A DNA stretch of 64,000 nucleotides. Source: Anthoceros angustus (Eukaryota > Plantae > Anthocerotophyta). The stretch is taken from contig VJWM01000296.1 of assembly GCA_010909165.1 (NCBI GenBank), forward strand, positions 1 to 64,000, in the 5' to 3' direction. The position numbers and the translations under genes are program-made. Below, in pieces: positions 12,201 through 25,183 of this stretch. Under the pieces are notes generated by a model. The model worked only from the letters and a program-made list of their open reading frames with translations, was not told the origin of the DNA and did no database searches. Position 1 is the stretch's first letter; every line of letters starts with the position of its first letter.

Positions 12201-13454
12201 TTAGGGGGCCAATTACTTTGGCCAACAACCTACTACAATAACATCATGAAAGTTAAAAAATTAAAAATAACATAAATTGATCACATAAAAGTTTGTAAAT
12301 TATTGCATGTAAATATAAAAAATAATATATCTTAGAAAAATATTGAAAAATATTTTGATATTACCTCAAATCCGGGAAAATTTGGCTTGAAAGGCAACTT
12401 TTTTGGAAGCTCTTTTTCTAGGGTTTCAAAATAAAAGTCTCCTGGCTTCCATTTACTTCTTTCCTCATGTGGTGGGTGTTTAGTACAACCACAAAAGAAG
12501 TCATATTTGACTTCTCCTTTTTTTGGATAACCTATTTGTTCTGGAACTTCTAGTGTTCTCTTTGGAGGCTCAGTAGCGAAAGCTAACGGATCAACAGGTT
12601 GCCCATAGTCTCGTAGACTTGCTTCCCACTAGTAGAGCATCGATAAATTAGTTGATCCGTATAGCATGAATATCTAAGTCATGCTCTAAACGCATTTAAC
12701 CTATAGATGAAAACATATTCTTAGTATGAATACAAAATTCGAAATAACTTATATGGGGTTCTTGTTCATCTGTATAATACAATACAGCTTCTTTCACCTC
12801 TAAGGTGCAAAGATTAACTATTTAATTAGCAAGGAATTTGCTTATTGAACTATGCTCTTTCTTACAAACAAACTCAAAGAGCAACTTTAAATATTGATCA
12901 AGGGTGCAGTTTCACATTGTTCAATTGTCTTACCGCATCTCCTGAAGTAGGCATTATATCTCCTGGTGGCTTTGCATATTGAAAAAGATCACTTTTTTCC
13001 ACTCTGTAACGATAGAGATAAGCATTCTCCATCAATAATTCTTGTTCTGTCTTTCCAATTCCTCGAATGATGCGACCTTTTGCACCCTCAAAACCGTGTA
13101 TTTGATTCTTATATTCCCTAATGCATCATGAGTATTAAGCACATTAATCATGATGTCCATTGAGATATTGGGAAGAAATCCTGTGCACCCATACTGTAAA
13201 CAATGCTCCCGTTACAAAGACAAGAGATATTACTCTAGGGCTTTGATTTCTTTTTTATCTTCAATGCGTTGAAATATATGTCGTTTTATCTTTTCTTCCG
13301 GTCCTTGTTCCCAAATGTGAAGTCTAGGTCTCTCTGGTATAGATGGTCGTAGTCCCCTACCATGGTAAGACCATGCATATCCTTGGTTCATTGGAAGATG
13401 GAATGTCATGTCTGACATCCTCCTTATTGCCTCCATAAGGTGATGGTCCCCCAT
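9295..13454 (-). CDS. MYCBPAP: MYCBP-associated protein (MYCBPAP/FAP147)-like ciliary protein, multi-exon, AT-rich
   Basis: Successive GT-AG exons give ELLMENAYLYRYRVEKSDLF, PNFPGFE|VVGQ, LRNIGTTVLYFTW, GSLVPGESKEFLFSFKSKVAGIFLEKW and VWDGS. These occur in the motif order I recall for MYCBPAP. The long last exon lies in ORF 9295-11361. The true start may be further upstream. Confidence 0.78.
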
Positions 13455-14508
13455 TTTGAGTGCACTTGGAATTGAAGCAAAATTTAGACAAGTAACTATG
13501 TAATCTCAAGAAAGAAATGAGTTACAAGTTAGAGACACTCATCCTTCTTAGTTTCATTCACTAGCAAGTATGATGATCAGGAAACCAGCCCATCTAGCAA
13601 GAGGGATGAGAAGCTTTATGCACAAACTTGAATGGTTGCTTGCAGGCTCAACAAGTGAACATCAAGCCCAGCAAGTTCACATCACCCCAGCTAGCACCGG
13701 TGTGTACAATGGATGGAGGGTTGGCGCATATGTACTACATATGATTGTCCGGAGCAAGGGCAAGGGGAGCTGGTGGAGGAGAGGGGCTCGAGCAAGAAGG
13801 CGAAATGGAGCGCTCGTGGGCGTCAAGTCCAGTGTACTGACCCGGTTGTTCTTGAAGTTGAAGGGGAATTTGAAAATGCAGGACAACAGGCCACCGGGTG
13901 GGGCCGGTTAGGCGGTGGAGGGGAGGGGGGAGTCCTTCCTTGCCAAAGGCAAGCCTAACGGTCTTGCAACTGCCCCCTGGGCCCTCCGCTCCCTTGTCTG
14001 CCTATGCCTAAAAGCCTCTTGTTCTCCTGTCTCCAGCGCAACCCGGCCCGTTCTGGCCTCCGCCAATCCGAACCTGGCCGGCGCCTCGCTCCGCTGTGCC
14101 CATGCCCCTGCCCCTGCCCCTGCCCCTCCTGCCCGCACGAACGCATGCGTATGCCCGGCAGCATAGATGCCCCTCCCTCCTCCTACCATAGCTAGCTAGC
14201 TAGCCAGCGTGGGGCAGCGAGCAGCGAGCAGCAAACGCTGCGATCGGCAATCCAATTCAGTTCATATGCGTTTGTATGTGTATCTTGCCGCAGGTGGCCT
14301 GTCTTGGCAGGCGCTGAAGCCGGCAAGAAATGAAAATGGCAGCGGCAGCTGAGACGCGCTCCAGGGCGGGCGCGGCAAGAATCTGGCACCGGGACCTCCG
14401 CGACTGCTACTGCTGCTGCCACTGCTAGCCTCAGGATTTCTGATTTCTTCCACACTGATCACTGCCACGCCGCGCTCTCGGGACCCGGACCAGCTAGCGG
14501 ACAGCAGC

Positions 14509-16583
14509 ATGGGATCATATGAGCCCGCGTTAAAGAAGGCGCGGTCCAGCTACGACCCTACCGCTGACGCGCTCCACGACCAGGCCATCGCCAATGGCCA
14601 TTGTGCAGGTTACGACGTGACGGCCCCGGCTGCGGCTCTGGAGGATGACACCGCGCCCGGCGTGGATCCGGAGCTGGGAGGCCAATTGCAACACGCACCA
14701 GCTCACTATTACTCCAATGGAGCTGCCAATGGGAATGGGAACGGTAACGGCAACGGCAACGGCGCTCACTGCTCTGATTGCAACGGCGTGTTGCACTATG
14801 CGGATCCGCAGCAGCAGCAGCAGCACCAACAATTGCAGGGGGATCTGGAATGCCGGCGCTACACCACCACCGAGGGCTGCCCCTACGGTAGCCAATGCCG
14901 CTTCAAGCATGGCCCTTCTGGTTCTCCCCCCTCCATCCTCATATTTTCTTGATCGTCCGCTTAGATCCGCGCACCTATCAGCATCCTGCAATTCACTTCC
15001 AGGTGCCACATGAATCTCTTGCTTGCAGCCCGCCGGCACCGGCAGGCAGGCAGGGGTGCCTCTCTTCTCAGCCTGCCGTCAGAGCTTGCCTCTCTTCTCA
15101 GCCAGCAGCCTGATCCGCGGCCTCCAATTGGGAGCTAGACATCCCTGCTTCTCTGTCGACCTCCGAGGCTACTTCCCTTGCAAATTTTAGAGTAGCTAGG
15201 CTCCGTGGCTTCCGTCCCTGCTGCTGCGTCTGCGCATTCATGCATGTCTTCATTTTGCCCTCAAATGTACTCCCTGTCATTTCCGTAATCGCCTGAACTG
15301 GCTGTGGATGCAGATGAGAGGGACTTAGGGCAACAGCCTTCAGCATTAGGAAGCAAAACAAGGCCGTGCATCAAATTTTTCAGGTGTGTTGCAAATTCAA
15401 GATTGTCGAACTGGGTTGGAACTCAGTCTGCAACTTCTCCCCAGAAGCTTGACATTGAAGTGTTGCTTGCCACTATCGTTCAGTTTCTATTCATGATCAA
15501 GGAATGTTGCTGCAATCGCTCTTACGTAGTACTTCAAAGATCTGCATTGCAATGTTGATAGCCGCATCAATTCGTTAGTCTGGCCTGGCCGGGGAAACAG
15601 CTTCTGGCCGATTGGATGACCCGATTGAGGTTCAGGAGAATGCTCAATGTCCCTCCCTCTTCGCACAATTTGCTGGCAAGCATACATGTACCTGCAGCCC
15701 ACGCGTGCACTTGGATTCTTAACTGATATCTCGTTCTTTTGTTTGATGACTATGATTCAGCACTGCAGGGTGTCCATACGGGGAGGGTTGCCACTTCTTG
15801 CATTACGTACCAGGAGGCATCACTGCCCTAGGCCTGGCACCTTATTCCTCCGTCAACCCCACTGCTACATCGGCTGGAGTGAGAAAGGTAGTAGGTGGCG
15901 TGGGACCTGCAGGAACTGCTAACGGAGCAAACGCTGCAGATCCGAGCTTGACCGTGGGAGGCTACAAGACTCGGCTGTGTAACCGCTACAACACTCCCGA
16001 GGGCTGCAGATTTGCGGACAAGTGCCATTTTGCCCACGGGGAGAGTGACCTGCGCCCTTCCAATGGCCGAAACGGAGCTCCACCCTTGCTGGATCTCTCT
16101 GGAGCGTCCGGAATATACAGCAATGGCCTACCGGCTTATAATCCGGTAGGCACCTCTGTTTACTATGGAGAACCCACTCCTCCAGGAGTATCAGCAACGT
16201 GCTGTTTTGGAGCCACCTCCACAACGAAAATGAGCATTGAGGCAGTATTTGCAGGGGCCATTATAGGCAAGGCAGGCTCTAATGTCAAGCAGATCAGCCG
16301 TCTAACAGGCGCCAAGCTCTCCATTCGCGATCACGAAAATGACCCCAACATGCGCAATGTCGAGATGGAGGGCTCATTGGAGCAGATTGAGAAGGCCCGT
16401 GAGATGGTGCGTAATTTTCTCCAGAACAGGGAGGTCCAACCAGCCCGACCCGCTTCCCTTGGATCTCACAATTTCAAGACCAAATTATGTGAGAATTATG
16501 CTCAAGGAACCTGCACATTTGCAGACCGCTGCCACTTTGCTCACGGTGAACACGAACTTCGAACAACCCCCATCATGCGATGA
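14509..16583 (+). CDS. KH-domain and CCCH zinc-finger protein (KHZ1/KHZ2-like); join(14509..14920,15314..15383,15761..16583)
   Basis: Four C-x7/8-C-x5-C-x3-H fingers (CRRYTTTEGCPYGSQCRFKH; CIKFFS|TAGCPYGEGCHFLH; CNRYNTPEGCRFADKCHFAH; CENYAQGTCTFADRCHFAH) and a KH GxxG motif (AIIGKAGSNVKQI). Splice phases check out. Confidence 0.93.
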
Positions 16584-18775
16584 ATGTGCAGGACGTTATT
16601 TCATGAAGACCTGTAGCTGAATGGCGTATTTATTTATGATTGGAATGCACTCCTGCAGCAGGTGGCCGGCCCAAGGGTAAGTGAAGCACACAAGTCAGAA
16701 AAATCTCACCAAATGAGTTAAGAGTCATCACTGCAGATTTAGACTCATTAGTCGGAGTGAGGCTTCCTGCAAATTCCCAGAAAGGAGAGAAAAGTACATG
16801 GGCTGGTATGCGTTCCTTGCATCTCACTTCTTCTACCAATTTGTATTATGGTTGATTATAGATGTTTGGTTGTAAAAAGATACCTCATTTTTTGTGATGT
16901 TTAAATAGATATAAATATAAATAAAATAATTTTATAAAATAATTCCTATACATGGATCTTGTTGGCAAATGCATTTGAAGAGTATAATTTGGCTTTGTCA
17001 TGAGAATGTGTCACATAATATGGAAGTATGTGGTTTGTCATGAGTTTGTGTTATAATGATATGAGAGCGCGTCATAATGAGATGAGAGATGTAAGAGGAC
17101 TCATGACCCAAGGTTTCGAATGGTTCTCCTAGTACCTATATTTCCTTTTTTTGAATATATTTATGCGTTTTCATCTTGTAATTATATATTTGATGTAAGA
17201 TAATAAGTTTGATTTGTAGTACAATTTATAATAGTTAGAGAAATATGGCAGGCATGTTATTTTCGAAGGAAAATAAAATGGTGAATATAGTTTTTTTTGA
17301 AGTGATACTTTATCTTTAGATAAGTCATATTCTATTTTAAATAAATTATATATCTTTTCTATTTATCTATTATAATAAATATATAATTAATAAAATGTTG
17401 ATTTAATATTTACACATAGAGATGACATGGTCCCGATCGCTATGAAGGGAGACACAATATTGAAGAATTTGTCCTGCCCTGTCGTGTCTCGCAAGAGGGC
17501 TCTTCACGCGAGGGCATTTACTCCTCCCCTGCCCTGTTGCTCGTTCATGTCTCGCACCTTGCTCCAAGACTATTGTAATGTTCCTCTATCCATACAATCT
17601 TAAGGAATCGCGATTAAAAAAAAAAAGGCAGTATTCAAGAAAACCTGTTAGGAGCCCACATAAGCTAAGACTGAGGAAGACCCCTCGTAGCAGAGGGTGG
17701 CCTGATTAGAGAGAGCTTCCTGCTACTCGGCTGCACCGAAGCTTCTTGCACCAGCACCAGCACTAGCATTGCAGGCTGGAGCCCAAGCAAGCCAGGCGAC
17801 GCACACCCACAAGCCCACTGCTGCAGCTGTCATTGTGCCACCACACTGGGAAGTTGGGGCCATGCTTCAGCGCTACTAAGCTCTTGCTGCTGCTGAGCGA
17901 CCAAGCTCCGATTCCAGGAAGGGGCTGGTGGCGAGTGAATGATCACCAGAATGCGATGCCAGAAACATCGTGCAGGGTGCCATTGAATACAGCTCCAGGG
18001 ACACACCATTGGAATGGAGAATTAGGATAAAATATTTCTACCCTATAATTGAAACAGTTATGGTAATTCGTATTTACTTATCAATATAGTTCGTACAGTT
18101 ATCTTTCTAGACTTTTACCTATAAACCCATTTTTTCTCTTTCTGATTACTCTTAATGCAATACACTTTTGTGATCTGCGGTGTCTCTCGTGCGCACCGCC
18201 TCATCGCCATCGTCCGCCATAGCCAAGGAAACTATCCTAAATTCATTACACACTACGTCTGCTTATCGCACCCGCGAATGCGCCTCAGTCAGCCTCGGTG
18301 ATCAGGGCAGGGATACGAGCCACATTTCACGCCGTTCACTGCCTACTGTGAAAGCTGCTGGTGTGGTCCGTAGTACGGGTGAACGGTTGCGGCAGTTGCG
18401 GGGACCAAACTAATTCAAGCTTCCGCTGAACGTTGCTGCGGATTGATTCAAGGGCGGGCCGCCTTCACAGGCACAAGGCCACCAGCGTCACCGAGGGCAA
18501 ATTTACATATCTACATAGCAGTTTGCAGCAAAAGCCTTTTCTTTCGTACAAGATAAGTTCGTTCTTATAGGTCTAAACAAATAAACCTGGTGCCTTAGGT
18601 AGGGTATCTCCATGATAACGACTGGGACCCAGCCGTTACGAGAGATCCCAGCGACATTGGATGCGAATTGTAACTCAGGTGGGCGCTTCTTCTTCTAAGT
18701 TGCCCAAAACCCTTGCGATGAGTAATGAAGCATTCTGGGCGTGCAGCGATCACACCTAGTCAATCTCATAGGTAG

Positions 18776-18994
18776 TCGATCCTCAACCCGAAAACTATTC
18801 TGATCCTCAACCAGAAAACCTTTGTTGTCCCCAATTGGAAAACTATTTTGATCCCTTACCAGAAAACTCTTCTGCTCCCCAATCAGAAAACTGTTATGAT
18901 CCCCCACTCAGACAACTGTTACGATCCCCAACCCAGACAACTGTTAAGATCCCCAACCCAGACAACTATTCTGATCCCCAACCAGAAAACTATG
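18776..18994 (-). repeat. Nine-unit 24/25-bp minisatellite made from the PPR E+ motif HSFLVGDQ
   Basis: Units start at 18776, 18800, 18824, 18848, 18872 (24 bp), 18896, 18921, 18946 (25 bp) and 18971 (24 bp). Plus-strand consensus CTGATCCCCAACCAGAAAACTATT. Confidence 0.9.
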
Positions 18995-21630
18995 TACCAG
19001 CCCGTCAATCTCTGTCCACCAGCTCTGGCCTGGCTGCTTCCATGCCTTGTTTCTTAATCTCCTTAACTTCATCTCCTGTGACTGTTCCCACATTTGGGCA
19101 CCAGTATATATGTCGGACATCAACACATATGCTGTATACAGCATCTTTCGTGTCGAGCTTGACTGCTTCATGGAATGCATGCCGTCCCACCTCCACATTG
19201 CTCCACTTTTGACGAGCACCCAGAAGGGTGTGCAAAACTGCAGCCATGCATGTGTACTAATCTGCCATGGGAGTGATGCAATATTTTCTCATCATAGCTT
19301 CGAAGTACTCTCGCGCTTTGTTCACTAGACCGCTATGACTGCATATTGCTAGTACACTAAGCAACGTGATGCCATCAGGTTCTATACCATCTTCTATCAT
19401 TCTGCGAAACAACTCAAAGACCTCTTTGCTGGAATTACTGCAGTCCAAGAGACAACATCTATTTCTGGCAAAGCATCAAACACCTGCTGTGAATCAAGCA
19501 TGCAACCTGCCTTTGCATACATGTTTATCAAACTGTTGCTTACGATGGGCTCAGCTTGAAACTTCTGATCTCTAATCGGTGCCTGAAGCTGCCTTCCCAC
19601 ATGCAAAGTTGCTACACTTGCACATGCCTGTAGGAGGCAAGCAAATGTCACATAATCGAGGGTAACAATGCCTCCTGCTTGCACAGTCCTGTAAAGATGA
19701 AGCGCTTCCTGCCCCATGCCCTTCTGCTAATATCCTGCTATCATGGCCCTCCACGTCACCACATTCTTTTCAACGAGTTTGTCCAACAAGCCAGGAGCAT
19801 TCTCTAGGCTGCCACACTTTGCCACACTACGTGCTCACCAAACTGCGGACTAATAGTCAATCAGCATGTAGTCCTTGCTCTCTAATTTGCGTATGTAGCT
19901 GCTTTCCCATCTCCAACCTGGTGTACCCAATTGTTCACATGCCTGCAGAAGACATACAAATGTTACTGAATCGGGTGCAGTCATTCCGTTTTGCATAGCC
20001 CTGTAAAGACCAAGGGCTTCCTGCCCCATCCCTTGCTGAGAATAGCCTGCTATCATGGCATTCCACTTTGCCACATCTTTCTGGGGCAGAGTTGCCTCCT
20101 TGTAATCTACTCTGTCTGCTTGATTACAAGGAGGATGCACATATGATGTAAGTCAACCTTAATACCACAAGAGGCAGACTTTAACAAGAGCAGGCGGTGG
20201 AGGCCGCCAGCGTGCCAACAGCGATGGTGAGTGCTCTTTGTCCGTGCCTCACCACTCATTTGTAAAACATAAAACACGCCCTGAGCATCCGTTGGGCTGC
20301 CGCACTGAGCATCCGTTGCATACATATTTACCAAGCTGTTCGCTACAACCACGTCAGCCTGATGGCCCCGATCTCTAATTTTTGCATGAAGACGTTTGCC
20401 TTTCTCTAAAGCCGGGGTGACCATTTGGCACATACCTGCAGGAGGGACACAAACGTCAGTGAAACGGGCGCACCGATCCCTTCCCCTTGCATAGCTGTGT
20501 AGAGATCAAGGACTGCATGCCCCATGCCTTGCTGGGAATACCCTGCTAGCATGGTATTCCACGTCACCACGTTTTCTTCAAGCCCATCAGACACACTCCG
20601 AGCATCCGTTCGGCTGCCACACTTTGCATACATGTTTACTACACTGCTGCCTACAAATAAGTCAGCTTCAAGCCCTTGTTCTCTAATTTGTGCATGAAGA
20701 CCTTCCCCTCCTCCAAACCAGGGCTCCCAAGACTAGCACATGCCTGGAGGAGGGACACAAAGGTCACAGAATTCGGTTCCACTATGCCTTCTTCATGCAT
20801 AACCCCGTAGAGATGAAAGGCTTTCCGCCCCATGCCCTGCTGGGCATATCCTGATATCATGGCACTCCACGTCACCACACTTTTATGAACAAGCCCGTCA
20901 AACACGCTTTGAGCATATTCCAAGCTGCCACATTTTGCATACATGTCCACCAAGCAACCAGAGAGAAACTCATCAGGCTCAACCCCAGAAGCCAACACAT
21001 TGGCATGCACCTGCTGCCCAGATGTCAAGTCTGCTCCCCTGCCACAAGCTTGAAGAGCTGCTAGAAACAACTGGCCATCTGGCTGCACACCTGACCTGCA
21101 CATCCGACGATACAGTCGTATGGCTTGCTTATCTTCTCCATGTTTCACATTCGGAGAAATTACAGCAGACCACCTGAAGCATCTGGTTTAGCAGCTATGG
21201 TGAGCACATCCATCGCTTCTTTCAACCTGGCCTGAGAAGCATACATTCGCAGCATGCGGTTGCACAAGGACGAATACGACCCATAGCCCTCCTTTAAGGC
21301 GAGAGCATGGACAGTGCGACCCAGATACAGATCCTTTTGTGCCAGACATTCTTTCAGGACCGTATTGAAAAGAGATTTGGATACCCGACAGTCTTTGTGC
21401 ACCAGAACTCCCGATGTCTCAACTGCCTCACTGAGCTGCCCCTGCTGACGTAGACTGTTAACGCTTTCAGAAGTTACGCCACTTTCGTATCCTGCAGACC
21501 TGCAAGGGCCCCAATGCTCCGGCAAGCTCCAGGTGGATGATCTGTTACCCCAGCCATTTGTGAAAAGTCGTCTCCACAGGAACGCTCCCAACAACGACCC
21601 TCGCTGGAAGATCGATCTCCAGTGATACAT
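18776..21630 (-). pseudogene. PLS-class PPR (E+) pseudogene
   Basis: P/L/S motifs (VDMYAKCGS, VVTWSAMISGYAQQG, VTFVSLLQAC) and an E domain ending AWKQPGQSWWTEIDGLVHSFLVGD. They are split over at least 8 ORF fragments by frameshifts and stops. Confidence 0.9.
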
Positions 21631-21940
21631 AGTTTGGACGAGATGGCTTTCTATTCAAGGTGCTGGACCTCGAGCCTTCCTTATTTCCCACTGAAGTCGA
21701 CCGAGCGGATTCTCTTCCGACAATTCCCGTTACCCTCCGGACAGCCATTGCTTGTAGGAGCACGTTCTGACTCTGATAAAGCAAGAGGCACTGAGATGGG
21801 CACCGAGGCGCATGTTGAGTACGGACAAGTGGAGCGAAAAACAACGTGTGGAGCGCCCGCGATCACGCCAGCAGTAATACAGTCCCGCAGTTCCAAATAT
21901 CCTGTCCAGCAGTGCTGGTGCCCTTCAGCACCTCAATCAC

Positions 21941-22088
21941 TCAATTTCCACTCAATCTGCTCAATTTCCACTCAATCTGCTCAATTTCCACTCAATCCAC
22001 TTCAACGACAAAGAAAACCACCATGTCCAAGTGCTCAATTTCCACTCAATCCACTTCAACGACAAAGAAAACCACCATGTCCAAGTGC
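21941..22088. repeat. Nested tandem repeats (20 bp x ~2.8, 54 bp x 2)
   Basis: TCAATTTCCACTCAATCTGC at 21941, 21961 and 21981 (partial). A 54-bp unit occupies 21981-22034 and 22035-22088. Confidence 0.9.
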
Positions 22089-22562
22089 CACCAGGGTTGC
22101 CTTGTTCCATGATTATGTTTGAAGTTCACAACTGGCGTCAGCGGCAAAGCGTCAGGAAAAGCTCAGTTCTCAAGCTCGGGATTCAGCCACTAATGCAGTC
22201 GTCTCTAATAGCAATCTCAGAGACCTATAAGCCTTTGTTAGCCAACATGAGACAGCATGTCCTTTATCATTCACACAGTGGCATGCCTATCACAGGGAAC
22301 TCTCCATCCTCCTCGGGATTGGGATCGACAGGCAATCAATCCACCATAGCGAACGAAACACGACCTTGATTCGACAACCTACGCGCCCAGGCAAGAGAGT
22401 TACTTTGACGTGGAGACAGCCAGCTATGCATACTGATTAGAGAAGGCAGAGGGCAAGTGCAACTCCCATTCAGTAATAAATCAACAGTACATTTCCACAA
22501 CCACCAAACGACTTCACTACTCGGTTGCCATTTCCATGCTGCCTAAAAACTCCTCTTCCACT

Positions 22563-24017
<1,455 letters not shown>

Positions 24018-24083
24018 CTAGGGAGGAGAAGCCGCAACCCCACGTCGTGTGAAGATGTGGGACTGAGAGGGACAAGATGAGAG

Positions 24084-24090
24084 CTTTATA
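24084..24090 (-). promoter_or_regulatory. TATA box of the polyubiquitin gene
   Basis: TATAAAG on the minus strand about 150 bp upstream of the ATG, followed by a pyrimidine-rich leader. Confidence 0.6.
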
Positions 24091-24299
24091 CCACAAATAA
24101 CAGTACACAGGGTGCACTAGCGAGAGTAGAACAGAGCCCTAAAAGGGACTTGATGTAATCAGGTTTTTATTAAAGAAAGAGGGGATGGGTCAAAGGGAGA
24201 CCCCAAGGGTCCAAGAGCAACTAAGCTCCGCGCCTTAAGTCACCTACACAAGCTCCGTGTCTAAAGCGCCCATGTTGGGCGAGTTGCCCGATGGTGGGC

Positions 24300-25100
24300 C
24301 CCACTCCTCTGGCGATGTTCTAGCGTGTGGCCATCTGCCTTGTTGATGCAGCTCACCGACGGAAAAGTATGTTTTGGACATAGACTGTCTTACCATGCTG
24401 ATATCTTCCTCCACTCACCCGTTGCCCAAGATTCTCGCAAGTTCACCATCCTGAGGTGGACCAGAAACCTCGCAGCTGCTGGAACGTTCACACTTGAACC
24501 CGTTCCACCTTCCCGTTCTCATGTCAGCTGATTCTCCATATGGCAGTACCGGATCTGGAGTTCTGGACCAGACAACTTCTAACCTCATGTGCTTTGAAAA
24601 TTGTCCACACTTTTCGAACTTTCTGGTCTACAAGGAAGGAAAGAAAGGATGCTACTTGTTGGATTTCTCAGAATCCAAATGGCTTAGGCCAAATGGAGGA
24701 CGTTCCTTGTTGGCCTGCTCAGAGTCCAAATGGCTTAGGCCAAATGGACACACATTTCTGAGAACCGTCCCTGTCCTTAGATCGTTACCTGGATGGATCG
24801 GTACCACTCTTGGTGCTGGTTGCCTAGATACCATGCCCCATGACAATACATGTCTCTCCGAGCATCGACATGATCATGTCGAAGTTGTATTGGGCCCGTA
24901 AGTACCGTACCTTCAATAAGCAGCCACATACTTCGTGTGGTGTTCGTTGCGTGTGCGATCTCACCGGTTCTTGAACGTAATAAAAACTTGGCTGTAAGTG
25001 CTCCACGACCTGTGGAACTCAGCAGAAGGCGCCTGGTTTTCGGGGAGCCAGCCATCTAGAATCGACGCGGCCAGAGCCTGTACCATCACGGTCGTGGCTC
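24300..25100 (-). mobile_element. Highly decayed transposon remnant (integrase-like traces) with a 51-bp tandem duplication
   Basis: Broken-frame HENGKVERVQ resembles the integrase NGxxER motif. Duplicated unit at 24668 and 24719. Segment 24724-24840 is homologous to the 8.2-kb foldback element. Confidence 0.4.
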
Positions 25101-25183
25101 CACGATGCTGCCGTCTTTGTTCCTTGTGAACACCCAAGGGGTCGAAGAAACTATGGGGCTTCACTGATCACGTCAGAAGAGAA

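Noticed and set aside
13570-14460. Several 60-113 aa ORFs between the MYCBPAP-like and KH-CCCH genes
   Set aside because: Low-complexity GC-rich promoter or leader sequence with no domain signal.
18130-18560. GC-rich intergenic stretch with a CCGTTCAC/GTGAACGG stem, considered as H/ACA snoRNA, SRP, MRP or telomerase RNA
   Set aside because: No telomeric template, no USE/TATA snRNA-type promoter and no convincing box geometry.
18776-18994. Short-period array considered as CRISPR-like
   Set aside because: The units are contiguous with no unique spacers, derive from PPR coding sequence, and sit in a eukaryotic context with no cas genes.
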